A DNA stretch of 62,691 bases, the filler included, from Nemertoderma westbladi (lineage: Eukaryota > Animalia > Xenacoelomorpha), in assembly GCA_032718475.1 (NCBI GenBank). It is 3 parts of 3 records of this genome, joined end to end, with 100 filler letters (N's around TTAATTAATTAA, not from the genome) between each part and the next. Parts side by side here need not be neighbours in the genome. Positions count along the whole stretch, not along the records: positions 1 to 22,316 come from JAUCBJ010008181.1; 2 more parts are not named here. One strand, written 5' to 3'. The notes below the pieces were generated by a model. That model was not told the DNA's origin. It was given only the letters and a program-made list of their open reading frames with translations, and ran no database searches. The translations under genes were made by a program, and so were the position numbers. Positions 11,446 to 22,416 of this stretch are shown here, piece by piece (position 1 is the stretch's first letter; each line of letters opens with the position of its first letter).

Positions 11446-12591
11446 TAACTTAACAGTGTCAGTTCGCCTAGACTCCGCCAATTCCGTGGCTCGCCCCACA
11501 CACCTTCAACAATATTGATTATACTGTATTTATGTACTACATAAGTTAACTCTCACTTTGTTGTATGCTCCGCAAATCTCAGTTATGGGTTATGGGTTTG
11601 CCTCTGCCCCCCCCCCCCCCCCCCCCCCCCAGATACTGTACTTGCCTAGGCTGAGATAACTGAGGAATGTTCTCAGCCTCGGCTGAGATGACTGGGGAGT
11701 CATGTCAAGAGGGAATTATCTCAGACTTGTACACGACAGGCTCTATCACATATGCGGACCCGTGATTAATCTGCCATCTGTGATTTGCAATCAGCTGATC
11801 AGCACAACAAACCAGCCTTTTTCGTAAATGTTACCGGTGTACTGTAGTGAAATTAATAAATACAAATCAGAAATATTAAATTTATGTACTTTTGTCACCC
11901 AGGTTGAAATCACCACCCTCATCCCTCAACCCTGCACCCACAGCCACAAGAAAGTGTAACCTGCTCCTTTCCCTTAGAGTGCCGCGCAATTTTTATGCTC
12001 GCCACGCGCCGATGAAATTTCGAAGCAAATCGCGTGCCAACGAAATTTTTAAGCACGCCGTGCATTGAAGCAATTTTGAAGAGCGACGCGCCAATGCAAT
12101 TTCAATTTTGAAGGAGTGTAACCACTATAACCAGTCTACAACTGCAACCACTGTTAGAGAGAGTTGTTTGGTTAGTTTGGTAGTACCGGAGGTTACTGTG
12201 GTCAGGTGGTGGGCCTACAGTACTGCAGTCTGTAGTAATATAAAATGGCAGTGATTTTTTATGTCCTTTTATTTGACTTTTTTTGTCCTTTTTTTTACGA
12301 ATTATGCATAATGACTTTTGTTGTCCTTTTAATGACTTTTATTGTCCTTTTAATGACTTTTTATGTATGTATTTCTTCAAACTGTCAGACTGCTGATTTC
12401 TGGACTGTCAGACAGTTGATTTCACTATGCCTGTGCCAAAACATTCCATGATTCCATGATTTATAGACTATGAGATAGATTTCCATATGCGCCTGTGGTA
12501 AAAAGACTCTATATTTAATAGTTTGTGGTTGTTGTCGATAATCGATTACAACATGACGTAGCAAAACACTCATTTTATAGCCAAAAACAAT

Positions 12592-13500
12592 TACCAATTG
12601 ATGGAAAAGAGCAGGTTGAGGCCGAGTTTTCTAACTAAAACAATAAACAGTCACTTTACCAAATCAGGGAAAGGAGCAGGTTACAGAGACGGGATTTTCT
12701 AACCAAAACAATAAACGATCACTTAACTAATTGAGGGAAAGGAGCAGGTTACAGAGGCGGGATTTTCTAACCAAAACAATAAACGATCACTTAACTTATT
12801 GAGGGAAAGGAGCAGGTTACAGAGGCGGGATTTTCTAACCAAAACAATAAACGATCATTTAACTAATTGAGGGAAAGGGACAGGTTACAGAGGAGGAATT
12901 TTCGAACCAAAACAATAAACGATCACTTAACTAATTGAGGGAAAGGAGCAGGTTACAGAGGCGGGATTTCCTAACCAAAACAATAAACGATCATTTAACT
13001 AATTGAGGGAAAGGGGCAGGTTACAGAGGCGGGCCTTTCTAACCAAAACAATAAACGGTCATTTTACCAAGTCAGGGAAAGGAGCAGGTTACAGAGGCGG
13101 GATTTTCTAACCAAAACAATAAACGTCATTTAACTAATTGAGGGAAAGGGGCAGATTACAGAGGCGGGATTTTCTAACCAAAACAATAAACGATCATTTA
13201 ACTAATTGAGGGAAATGAGCAGGTTACAGAGACGGGATTTTCTAAACAAAACAATAATTCAAACGATAACATTACCAATTGAGAGAAAGGAGCAGGTTAC
13301 AGAGGCGGGATTTTCTAACCAAAACAATAAACGATAACATTACCAATTGAGGGAAAGGAGCAGGTTACAGAGGCGGGATTTTCTAACCAAAACAATAAAC
13401 GATCACTTAACCAATTGAGGGAAAGGAGCAGGTTAAGGCCGGATTTTCTAACCAAAACAATAAACAGTCACTTTACCAAATCAGGGAAAGGAGCAGGTTA
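12592..13500 (+). repeat. 68-bp tandem array, about 14 units
   Basis: Unit GGGAAAGGAGCAGGTTACAGAGGCGGGATTTTCTAACCAAAACAATAAACGATCACTTAACTAATTGA; single copies are dispersed elsewhere in the window. Confidence 0.95.
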
Positions 13501-13816
13501 TCCGTAACACTACTCAGACAGTAGTCATGATCCATTACTGATTATAAAACTAATACAGTAAGGCCTAAATTATGTGAAAGGTATATCCACATTTTCCACA
13601 ATCCAGTTTGGCCTATCAATTATTTAAAATTTATTAGCACAACCGGAAGGCCTACCATTACCGTATTTAAATGGTAGGCTACACAGTAGGCCTATAGCAG
13701 TACCGGTGCCGGTACTAAAATACAGAAATACCTGCTTTATACCTACATCTGTACATACAATACAGCAAAATAGTGCTATATATACTAATACCGGTACTGA
13801 TAGCCTGAGAGAACAG

Positions 13817-14016
13817 TATGACGTACCGGCCGATACAGTATAGCAGTACTGCGGTAGCACGGCTGTAAAACACTATTCTGCTGTCAGCTCAATTATATCT
13901 AATATCTATATATATATACCGGTAGGTACTGTCAAGCAACACTTAGATCCTACTCGATAATAAAGTAATACAGTATATCCATCATATATAATATCCCTTC
14001 ACCAGGACGCACTATA
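13817..14016 (-). repeat. 3' LTR (200 bp)
   Basis: Direct repeat of 18229-18428; preceded on minus by the purine tract GGGGAGATA (14017-14025). Confidence 0.95.
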
Positions 14017-14052
14017 TATCTCCCCATAACAGAAGTGGAACATAAGGTTTTA

Positions 14053-17000
14053 TTAGGGAGGATAAAAATGGACTTTCGTTCCCCTACGTGTAGTGATAGT
14101 GTTATATGGTTGCTCCTTGTCAGTTTTACTTTCAGTTTCTCTTTGGGCAATAGGTAAATGCTGTTTAACTGTCTTTGGGGATGATTTTGCTAGGTTATCG
14201 CTGTTTTGCTTGGGTTTCCACGCCGTATCAGTTACTATGTAAGGTTTAAGTCGATCGATGGAGACATTTTGGTCACCACTTGGGGTTAATAGTTTGAAAT
14301 ATTTCTCGCACCGCTCGATGACCTCGAATGGTCCTTGGTAGGGAGCTTGAAGGGCTTTTCTCGCGCGGTCGATTCTTACAAAGACTTTCTCACATTTTTC
14401 TAAGGACTTTGGGACGTATGAACGTTGATTTTTATTCAGTGTACCATCTGTAGATTGCACAATAAACCCTAACTCGGTGATGTGGTTGTGTAATTTGTTG
14501 ACATAATCTAAATTAAAGTTCATATCAGTAGGTGCCACCAAACAAGCAGGTAGTAATGCTTTGGAGCCAGTCACCAGTTCAAATGGTGAGATTCCGGTTA
14601 CATGGGATTGTGTAATGCGGTAACTGAATAAAACTATTGGAAGAGATTCTAACCAGTCTTGTTTACGAGCTTTTAGGGCAGCTTTCAAAGTTCGGTGGAA
14701 ACGTTCAACTTTCCCGTTTGCTTGAGGATGGTATGCTGTCGTTCTTAACCGATGGAAACCTATTAATTTGGAGAGGTCGGACATCAACTCAGACTCAAAC
14801 TGGCCGCCGCGGTCTGTGGTGATGTATAGAGGAACACCGAATCTGCAGAACCATGTTTCAACAAAGGCTGTGGCTGTGGCAGCTGCGGTAATAGATATAA
14901 CCGGAGTGGCTTCAGCCCATCCTGTATGTCTGTCTATAAACGTTACTACATATGGGTATGGATGATTATCTGTAGGTAGTGGACCTACAATGTCGGAATG
15001 TATGTGTGAAAACCGTGGGGCTAGAGGGAATGGTTTCAATGGGGCTTTTATATGTTGGGTTATCTTTGATTGCTGGCATGGGATACAACTACGACACCAG
15101 CTTGTTATATCTCTCCTCGCATTGTTCCATATGAATCGGTCTGTGATCAGACGGATAGTGGTTTTAATGCCTGGATGTGCTAAGTTATGAATCTCATTGA
15201 AAACCTCCTTCTTAAATGATTCTGGAATAATTGGCCGGGGATATGTAGTTGAAATATCACATATTACATCCCTCCCGCATGCAGTTTTAAATATCTTAAT
15301 ATCAAATAGGTGTTTAACTGACAGCAGATCTGTGTCTTCCTTCTGGGCATTTGCAATGTCATCTAAACCAAATGGGTCAATGTATGTTGAGTTCACATGT
15401 CGAGAGAGTGTATCCGCAACTATATTAGAGTTTCCTGGGATATATTCCACTTTATCAATAAATTCAGCCAATAAGGACAGTTGACGGTTTTGGCGTGGGG
15501 ATAGACTCTCTGGTTTATTGAACGCGCCAATTATTGGTTTGTGGTCTGTATATAAAATAACGTTTCTTCCCTCTAACAAGGATCGGAAATGGACCGTACT
15601 GTCGTATGCAGCTAAGAGTTCACGCTCGTAGGTTGATAATAGAGATTCTTTAGGAGTGAGCCTACGCGAGAAGAAACTAAGAGGAACTGAGTCTTCTGTG
15701 GATCGTATTTCGTGAACGGCTCCACCAATAGCAAACTTTGAAGCATCAGTTGTTAGTGATAATGGACAATCGCCCTTGGAAGGGTGGTGTAATAAAACAG
15801 CATTGGCCAAAGCAGTTTTAAGTTTATCGTAGGCCGCTGAATGTTCTGGGAGCCACTCATTAGCTTTAAAATCGCATTGTTGTGTTTTACGTTTATTAGG
15901 TTGTGTAGATGTTAATAAAGTCTGTAAAGGGTGACTAATTTCACTAAATGCTGGGATAAATCTACGGTAGAAATTGAACATGCCAATGACCCTGCGTAAG
16001 TCATTGTAACTACGAGGTTCTGGAATTGAGTTCAATGCAGTGACTCTTTCAGGGGGAGGTAAAATACCATCTGAAGACACCCGAAATCCAAGAAATGTAA
16101 TTTCAGTTTTGCACCATTCGCACTTGGTAAAGTTTATTTTTAAGTTGTTGTTATGCAGTCTTTCAAATATGAGTCGCAAATGTTTATAATGAGTGTCTTT
16201 ATCAGTACTGTGTACTAGAATATCGTCCATGTATAGAATAACAAATGATAAATCACCTAGAGATTCATTCATTTTGCGTTGGAATGTTTGCCCAGCATTA
16301 CACAGGCCATAGGGCATCCTAGTAAATTCAAATAGACCGAATGGTGTTGTAACTGCTGTCTTAGGAACATCTTCCTCTGACATTGCAATTTGGTTGTAGG
16401 CCCTGACTAAGTCTATTCGGCTGAAAATTCTAGAACCTTGTAACTGTGAAGTGAAGTGCTGAATGTGAGGTAATGGGTATCTATCAGGTTTAGTTATTCT
16501 GTTTAGTGCTCTATAGTCGCCACACGGACGCCATTGGTCTTTTTTGTTTGCTTTAGGGGCCATATGAAGAGGCGAGGCCCAGGGACTTTTGGAAGGGCGA
16601 ATAATTCCCCGTTCCTGTAAGTCTGTAAAAACTTGTTTTGCAGCTGCTAATTTCTGTCCATTTAGCTGCCGCGGTTTGGCTGCAATTGGTGGGCTATCTC
16701 CTGTTATTATTCGATGAGTAGTATTTGATGCAGGATTACTGGAGAATGCTGAATCTTGGTCAAATAAGTCGGCAAAATCTTTCAATAGTGTATCTATATT
16801 TCCATCTGAGTGACTTAATTCAACTTTGTATACCGATTGTGTCTCGGATGCCTCGACAAAAGATACTGTACTCCGTATTTTTGTAGTTCCATCTATTATT
16901 TCACGGTTTTTACAGTCTAAAAGCATATCATAATTAGAAAGAAAATCAATTCCAATAATATTATCCCTCACATCCGCTACAAAAAATTTCCAAGGAAATT

Positions 17001-17268
17001 TGCGTCTTAATATTGATAGTTGTAGGTTTACTTTACCGTATACTGTTATAGGGGTACCGCTAGCAGCGCACAGTTGTACTGGTGTTGATTCCCATATAAA
17101 CTGTTTAACAGGTTCGGGTCGTAATATACAAACTTGAGATCCTGTATCTATTAAAAATGGTAGTTTGTGTTCTATTTCGCATACTGAGTTAGAGATTGCT
17201 GCGGTAGTTTTAAATACGGCAGCGCCCTCAGCGCTCGCAGCCGCTGCACTGAGGGCTGCTAGTTTTCC
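14053..17268 (-). CDS. pol: Pol polyprotein (protease, RT, RNase H, integrase), expressed by -1 frameshift from gag
   Basis: The frame is open from 17268. Motifs: FLIDTGSQ (protease), YMDD (RT), TDAS/TDH (RNase H), HNLAH...CIPC plus D-D-E (integrase), GPF-type C-terminus. Confidence 0.95.
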   Translation of the reverse strand, partial: GKLAALSAAAASAEGAAVFKTTAAISNSVCEIEHKLPFLIDTGSQVCILRPEPVKQFIWESTPVQLCAASGTPITVYGKVNLQLSILRRKFPWKFFVADVRDNIIGIDFLSNYDMLLDCKNREIIDGTTKIRSTVSFVEASETQSVYKVELSHSDGNIDTLLKDFADLFDQDSAFSSNPASNTTHRIITGDSPPIAAKPRQLNGQKLAAAKQVFTDLQERGIIRPSKSPWASPLHMAPKANKKDQWRPCGDYRALNRITKPDRYPLPHIQHFTSQLQGSRIFSRIDLVRAYNQIAMSEEDVPKTAVTTPFGLFEFTRMPYGLCNAGQTFQRKMNESLGDLSFVILYMDDILVHSTDKDTHYKHLRLIFERLHNNNLKINFTKCEWCKTEITFLGFRVSSDGILPPPERVTALNSIPEPRSYNDLRRVIGMFNFYRRFIPAFSEISHPLQTLLTSTQPNKRKTQQCDFKANEWLPEHSAAYDKLKTALANAVLLHHPSKGDCPLSLTTDASKFAIGGAVHEIRSTEDSVPLSFFSRRLTPKESLLSTYERELLAAYDSTVHFRSLLEGRNVILYTDHKPIIGAFNKPESLSPRQNRQLSLLAEFIDKVEYIPGNSNIVADTLSRHVNSTYIDPFGLDDIANAQKEDTDLLSVKHLFDIKIFKTACGRDVICDISTTYPRPIIPESFKKEVFNEIHNLAHPGIKTTIRLITDRFIWNNARRDITSWCRSCIPCQQSKITQHIKAPLKPFPLAPRFSHIHSDIVGPLPTDNHPYPYVVTFIDRHTGWAEATPVISITAAATATAFVETWFCRFGVPLYITTDRGGQFESELMSDLSKLIGFHRLRTTAYHPQANGKVERFHRTLKAALKARKQDWLESLPIVLFSYRITQSHVTGISPFELVTGSKALLPACLVAPTDMNFNLDYVNKLHNHITELGFIVQSTDGTLNKNQRSYVPKSLEKCEKVFVRIDRARKALQAPYQGPFEVIERCEKYFKLLTPSGDQNVSIDRLKPYIVTDTAWKPKQNSDNLAKSSPKTVKQHLPIAQRETESKTDKEQPYNTITTRRGTKVHFYPP
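17218..17268 (-). promoter_or_regulatory. Programmed -1 ribosomal frameshift signal
   Basis: G GAA AAC heptamer immediately before the gag TAG, followed by a GC-rich stem GCCCTCAGTGC...GCGCTGAGGGC. Confidence 0.75.
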
Positions 17269-18143
17269 GGTCGACTCGGTGAGTTTGGTCGCGATTGTGG
17301 GCGGGATGACGGGTCTATAGTTGTGGGTTTCTTACCCGGCCAACGACACCATGGTTTACAACGTTTAGCCCGTTCCCCATAGTATATGTGAAATCTACAA
17401 ACCTTAGGTTTTTGACCCTCTGAGAATGGATAAATCGTACCAGAAACGCCCACAGCTCCGGCATGGTTGTGGTTACTCGACCGTGAGTTGTATGGTTGTT
17501 GATTTTGGGTGGGTGGTGGTCGATAAACAGCAGTAGCTCCGAGGGTAGGGAGTGGTGTTTGGACGTTCTGTTGGTTTGTGAATTGCAGGATGGTGTCTGC
17601 AAGTTTAGCGAAGTCCTCTGGAGGAAGATTCATATGACCGAGTAATGTTGAACGAGCTGATGAAGGAAGAGCTTGTAACAGTTTATGTCTTACAACATCG
17701 TCGTCCGCGGTAAGTTGACATTCTGCCATCTTGCGTTTAATTCTCATGTAGACTAGCGAGGGTTTTTGCCCTTCCATGGATACTTGGCCAAGCGCTTCTT
17801 CTAATAACTCTGACTTAGTTTTCTGATATAATTGTAGGATGATTGATTTAATTTCGCTGTAAGATGTAACTTCCGGTGTTATATTTAGAGCTACGTCTTC
17901 CGGAAGGTTGGCCATAACGTGGTGAAATTGCGTTTGCTCGTTCGTTACTCCTGCCAGGACGAAGTGCGATTCAATCGTACGGAACCAAATCGTCGGATTT
18001 GACCGATAGAACACGGGTGGCTTTACTGCCACACGTGACACGTCCAAGAGTGCAGACATGCTGCCGCCGCCGCTATTATTTTGATTAATGGAGTCCTGAA
18101 ACGGTGGTGGTTTGATCGTATTCGTATCGCTTCCGGTAGCCAT
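17259..18143 (-). CDS. gag: Gag protein (CsRn1-type CHCC motif)
   Basis: VKPPVFYRSNPTIWF N-terminal motif and CRFHIYYGERAKRCKPWC motif; lies between the PBS and pol. Confidence 0.92.
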   Translation of the reverse strand: MATGSDTNTIKPPPFQDSINQNNSGGGSMSALLDVSRVAVKPPVFYRSNPTIWFRTIESHFVLAGVTNEQTQFHHVMANLPEDVALNITPEVTSYSEIKSIILQLYQKTKSELLEEALGQVSMEGQKPSLVYMRIKRKMAECQLTADDDVVRHKLLQALPSSARSTLLGHMNLPPEDFAKLADTILQFTNQQNVQTPLPTLGATAVYRPPPTQNQQPYNSRSSNHNHAGAVGVSGTIYPFSEGQKPKVCRFHIYYGERAKRCKPWCRWPGKKPTTIDPSSRPQSRPNSPSRPEN

Positions 18144-18214
18144 GTTATAATTTACAGAATTTATTTCAGTACATTAATGTATTTATTAATTAAAATGGTC
18201 AGAATAATTCAATT

Positions 18215-18227
18215 GTCCGGGTCACCA
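18215..18227 (-). promoter_or_regulatory. Primer-binding site, tRNA-Trp-like
   Basis: TGGTGACCCGGAC one base after the 5' LTR; close to the complement of the tRNA-Trp 3' end used by CsRn1-clade elements. Confidence 0.75.
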
Positions 18228-18228
18228 A

Positions 18229-18428
18229 TATGACGTACCGGCCGATACAGTATAGCAGTACTGCGGTAGCACGGCTGTAAAACACTATTCTGCCGTCAGC
18301 TCAATTATATCTAATATCTATATATATATACCGGTAGGTACTGTCAAGCAACACTTAGATCCTACTCGATAATAAAGTAATACAGTATATCCATCATATA
18401 TAATATCCCTTCACCAGGACGCACTATA
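18229..18428 (-). repeat. 5' LTR (200 bp)
   Basis: Direct repeat of 13817-14016; followed on plus by the TSD AACAG (18429-18433). Confidence 0.95.
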
Positions 18429-18929
18429 AACAGCAGTAGAGAAACCGGTAGCATGGAACCTAACATTAGACTTTTGGAGGACATAAAAAATAAAAAAAAA
18501 GGACAAAAAAAGGATTTAAACGGACAATAAAAATTATTGCGATATAAAATAGTAACCATACAATAGAATAAAGAAAGGCGAGCGAAGCGAGCCGAAATTT
18601 TTAGACAAGTACAAGACATAGCAGCGAGGTAATCTGGTAATGCAAATTTAAGGCACTTCCAGAATTGTTAAACCAACAAATCGGCGCCAGTTTTTATTTT
18701 TGTGAACGCCACTCGCCAAGGCGGAGCATTTTACGCTTTTCGAGCGCGCCACTCGCGCCACACTGGCGAGATTTTATTGTAAAGCGCACCGGATTAATCC
18801 GGCACAAAGTGTACAGTATGTATTTCAGTCTGGCTGGCCTGGCTGGCTGGGCCTCAGCCTCACTGCCTGCAGGCTTGGGCCACTTTCAACTACTTCAGTA
18901 CTGGTTTCCTTCAGTCGTTTTCATGCTTA

Positions 18930-19400
18930 AAACATTTTATTTTATTAATTTTTAAGTATTTTAATATTTTAATGTGTTGTTTGCTTCTATTTTAAGATCA
19001 CTATCGTACAGACTTATTTTAATTTATTTTATGTATTTTAAAAATAATTCACTACATACTTATTTTATATTGTATATCGCATATACTAACATACTTATTC
19101 CATTATTTTAAATACATTATTTTAATTCAATAAACCTACATTACATAATATCCTTATTTTATTAAACACGGCTTATTTTAAGAATAAAACTATACTAACA
19201 TTAACTTAAAATAATTAAATCTTTTTCTTAAATCATTTTATTTTATTAAATTTTAAGTATTTTAATGTGCTGTTTGTTTCTATTTTAAGATCACTATCCT
19301 ACAGACTTATTTTAATAATTTATTTTATGTATTTTAAAAACAATATCTTACATACTTATTTTATATTGTATATCGCATACACCAACGACCAACATACTTA
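18930..19400. repeat. Diverged AT-rich direct duplication (~300-bp period)
   Basis: TTTTAAGATCACTATC.TACAGACTTATTTTAAT and ACATACTTATTTTATATTGTATATCGCATA each occur twice. Confidence 0.75.
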
Positions 19401-19906
19401 CCAATAGTAATAAATTTGTTTTTATATCGGTGTATTTGTATAGTATACTATATGTATATTAATATTTGATTATTTAGATACGGCCTCTATCTGTCACTCA
19501 GTGAATGTTTAAAAAAATGATCTTATTTTATTGTGTTGTGCATGTTGGTGCGTTTTTACTTATAGAAGTAAATAAGTGCAGTGCTGCACCGCACCAGCCA
19601 CCAGTCTACTCACTGTCGCCAGTCAGTGACCAGTCCACTGTCGCTGTCAGCCTGTGGCTGTACTCAGCCAGCTACCAGTGTGCATTAAGTCCTGAACCCA
19701 TTGCCTACCTGAAGTCTGTCAGTCTGTAGGCCTATATTTGTGATTATCATTAGCCTAGTCATAGTGCAGTGTATTCTGCATTTTCACTCACATACAGTAT
19801 TACTGTCTGACTGTATTATGGGTAAGCACCTTCAGACTGTTGCATATATCGGTATATCTGTATATGGCTGCAGTCCTTGGTATGTCTGTATGTAGGAAGG
19901 GTAGGT

Positions 19907-20029
19907 ATGTAACTGTGCTCCCATGGGATTAAAAAAAGTTGAAAAAATGGCCATACAACCCCAGCCTACAGCTGGGGTTGTATGGCCATTTTTTCAACTT
20001 TTTTTAATCCCATGGGAGCACAGTTACAT
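19907..20029. repeat. Perfect 59-bp inverted repeat with a 5-nt spacer
   Basis: 19907-19965 is the exact reverse complement of 19971-20029; the loop is CTACA. Confidence 0.95.
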
Positions 20030-20534
20030 GAAACCTTCATGGCCACCCATAGGAAGAAACCTACACATCTCAGCTATATATTAAACTTTTGAAACCCATG
20101 GTAAATTTCTATTTCAGGTCCCCAGACAGCCAGGGGGGATTTTTTTTTAAAAGAAACTGGGGTGGCCATACCACAGTACCACCCCACTGCCCCAGGGCGG
20201 GGTGGTACAGTGGTATGGCCACCAATATTGTATAAATTTCAAATGCCCTAGCACCCCTCTCATGGGGTTGTACTGTTGTAAGGCCATTGGAATGACTTTT
20301 AAAAAAATCACAATGAAATTCTGTCCTAGAAACGCCATTTCTGCATTTTTTTTTCAAATATCAGACATTAAACTGAACTACAAGCTGACAAGTTGTTATA
20401 TAATAGCCCACCAGAAATTTCAAAAGTTTTCATCACAGGTTTGAAAATCACCCGGTTTGACTGTTTGACCTTTTTTAAAAGTGACAGAAAACACCCGATT
20501 CTACAAGATTTAACTAGTATTATCTGTTATTCTC

Positions 20535-22150
20535 TAGGGCTCGATCGGAGTTGGGATTTGGCCGGAGCCGGAGCAGGAGCCGGAGTTGGACAATTTGGCC
20601 GGAGCCGGAGCAGGAGCCGGAGTTTTTCAAAAATTTTAAAAATTTAAATTATTTATTAAAAAAAAAATAAAGTATGGTTACCGGTATCGTTCGCCAATCG
20701 CTCATAATCAATCATACTGTAGGTCTAATTAATTTCATAATTTATAGATTTACGAATTTTCAATTTAAAATTTAAGTAATTAATTTATCACGGACAGACG
20801 GCCTGACGCTGATGGCTAAAAATTACCTACAGTACGGTACCTAACTCACTAACTGTGGTAGAGGTGTGTACTGTAGGTAGCCTACCGTCAGACCGTACGT
20901 GTACCAGTACTGCAGTACAGTACAGCAGTATGCTGGCATGACAGCAGTAAATGGCTGCAGTCTGGCAGTGGTACAGTGTACAATCCAGCAATCATCAGTC
21001 AGGGAGATCATCAATTTTGGGGTTACCCCAAATTTCGAATTCTGGTAATAGTCTGTCGAAAATTGGGGTTTTTTGTTCAAATTTGAGGTATTTTTAGGCT
21101 CATAATATCGAGTGTTGCTGCGACTTAGGGAAACTGTTGGAGCGACTTCTACTTTTAATATGTTAAAATATAATGTAAAATAAGAACTTTTATCTATGCA
21201 ATAAAATATTTCACCGATGCAAACATGCTTTTATTGGGGGCGAAAATTGAAATTTGAGGTTAAACCTCAAATTTGAGATAAAACCTCAAATTTCGCCAGT
21301 CTTTACAACATCACCAGCCTGCCAGAAGTAGGGTGTAGCAGTAGGCTTTGCTGCTTAGTGCTTATAGCATGTATAGAGCTTGGTGATAATGGGTGACCAG
21401 TGTAACCAGTGACCATCTGACCAATGTGACATGACATGTTTAATAACTTTAATGATTGTTAACTCCTTTAGTGATTGGTGAGAAAAATGCAGAAGACTAG
21501 AGAAATTCGCTATCCTTACAGCCTTCTGGCCTTACTGTTGGTAAGAAGAACAGTAGACCAAAGCCTCACTGTTGCGAGATTCACGCTCACACAGCTGCAC
21601 AGTCACAGATTCAGGAAGGCCTACTATATCTTGTAGATGTCAGGATGTTGAATCAATTCTAGAATTTGGAAGTTTACATATTCTGGCATTCATCTGTTCT
21701 GTTCATCATTCATATAATTTGAAATTTGAGGTATTCTCAAATTTGATGATCTCCCTGACTGATCATAGCATTTACAATTTTTTACAGTAGGGCCTATCTG
21801 TAATAGTCTGCTTCTGCTAGTCAGTCTGCCAGTCTGCTGGCCAGTACCAGTACTGCAGTCTACTAGTCTGCTAGTCTACTGGTCTAGTCTGCTAGTCAGT
21901 CAGTCAGTCATTGACTTTAAGTAAATACTGCAGTATTATGCTTGATATTGAAGCTGTAGGCCTACTACAGTCTGACAGTACTTCTGTACTTATAGTGTAA
22001 ATAATTGTTCAGATTAGAATATGCACGAAATATAATACTTTATTAAAAAATTAACTCCGGCACTATTTTTACCGGAGCCGGAGCAGGAGCCGGAGGTGCC
22101 AAAATGGCCGGGAGCCGGAGGCCGGAGGCCGGAGCTCCGATCGAGCCCTA
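20535..22150. mobile_element. hAT-like MITE
   Basis: TIR TAGGGCTCGATCGGAG / CTCCGATCGAGCCCTA, perfect 8-bp TSD TTATTCTC, CCGGAG subterminal repeats. A related end starts at ~22237 and runs into the gap. Confidence 0.9.
20996..21761. mobile_element. Nested MITE with CAGTC ends and a 5-bp TSD
   Basis: CAGTCAGGGAGATCATCAA / TTGATGATCTCCCTGACTG, flanked by ATCAT on both sides. Confidence 0.8.
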
Positions 22151-22316
22151 TTATTCTCATTATTTATCTATTTAGAAAGTATTTTGTAGGCTTAGGCAGC
22201 TAGCAGGCTAGGTAGTAAATTAGTATTACCAGATTCTAGGGTTCGACCGGAGCTCCGGCTCCGGCCGGACTTGGCATGTCCGGCTCCGGCCGGACTTGGC
22301 ATGTCCGGCTCCGGCT

Positions 22317-22416
22317 NNNNNNNNNNNNNNNNNNNNNNNNNNNNNNNNNNNNNNNNNNNNTTAATTAATTAANNNNNNNNNNNNNNNNNNNNNNNNNNNN
22401 NNNNNNNNNNNNNNNN
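22317..22416. other. Artificial contig spacer
   Basis: 44 N + TTAATTAATTAA (stops in all six frames) + 44 N. Confidence 0.97.

Larger units (their letters stand above)
7400..11735. mobile_element. Outer non-autonomous element with ~90-bp degenerate inverted ends
   Basis: 7400-7490 (AGTCTGAGATAA...TCCCCAGTC.TCTCAGCC.AGGCTGA) is an inverted match to 11645-11735. Confidence 0.55.
13817..18428 (-). mobile_element. Full-length Ty3/gypsy LTR retrotransposon, CsRn1-like
   Basis: Two 200-bp LTRs (one mismatch seen), 5-bp TSD AACAG, PBS, PPT, gag with CHCC motif, and pol in the order PR-RT-RH-IN. Confidence 0.97.

Noticed and set aside
22361-22372. TTAATTAATTAA as a biological motif or piggyBac site
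   Set aside because: It is centred in N-runs of identical length at both gaps; an artificial linker.
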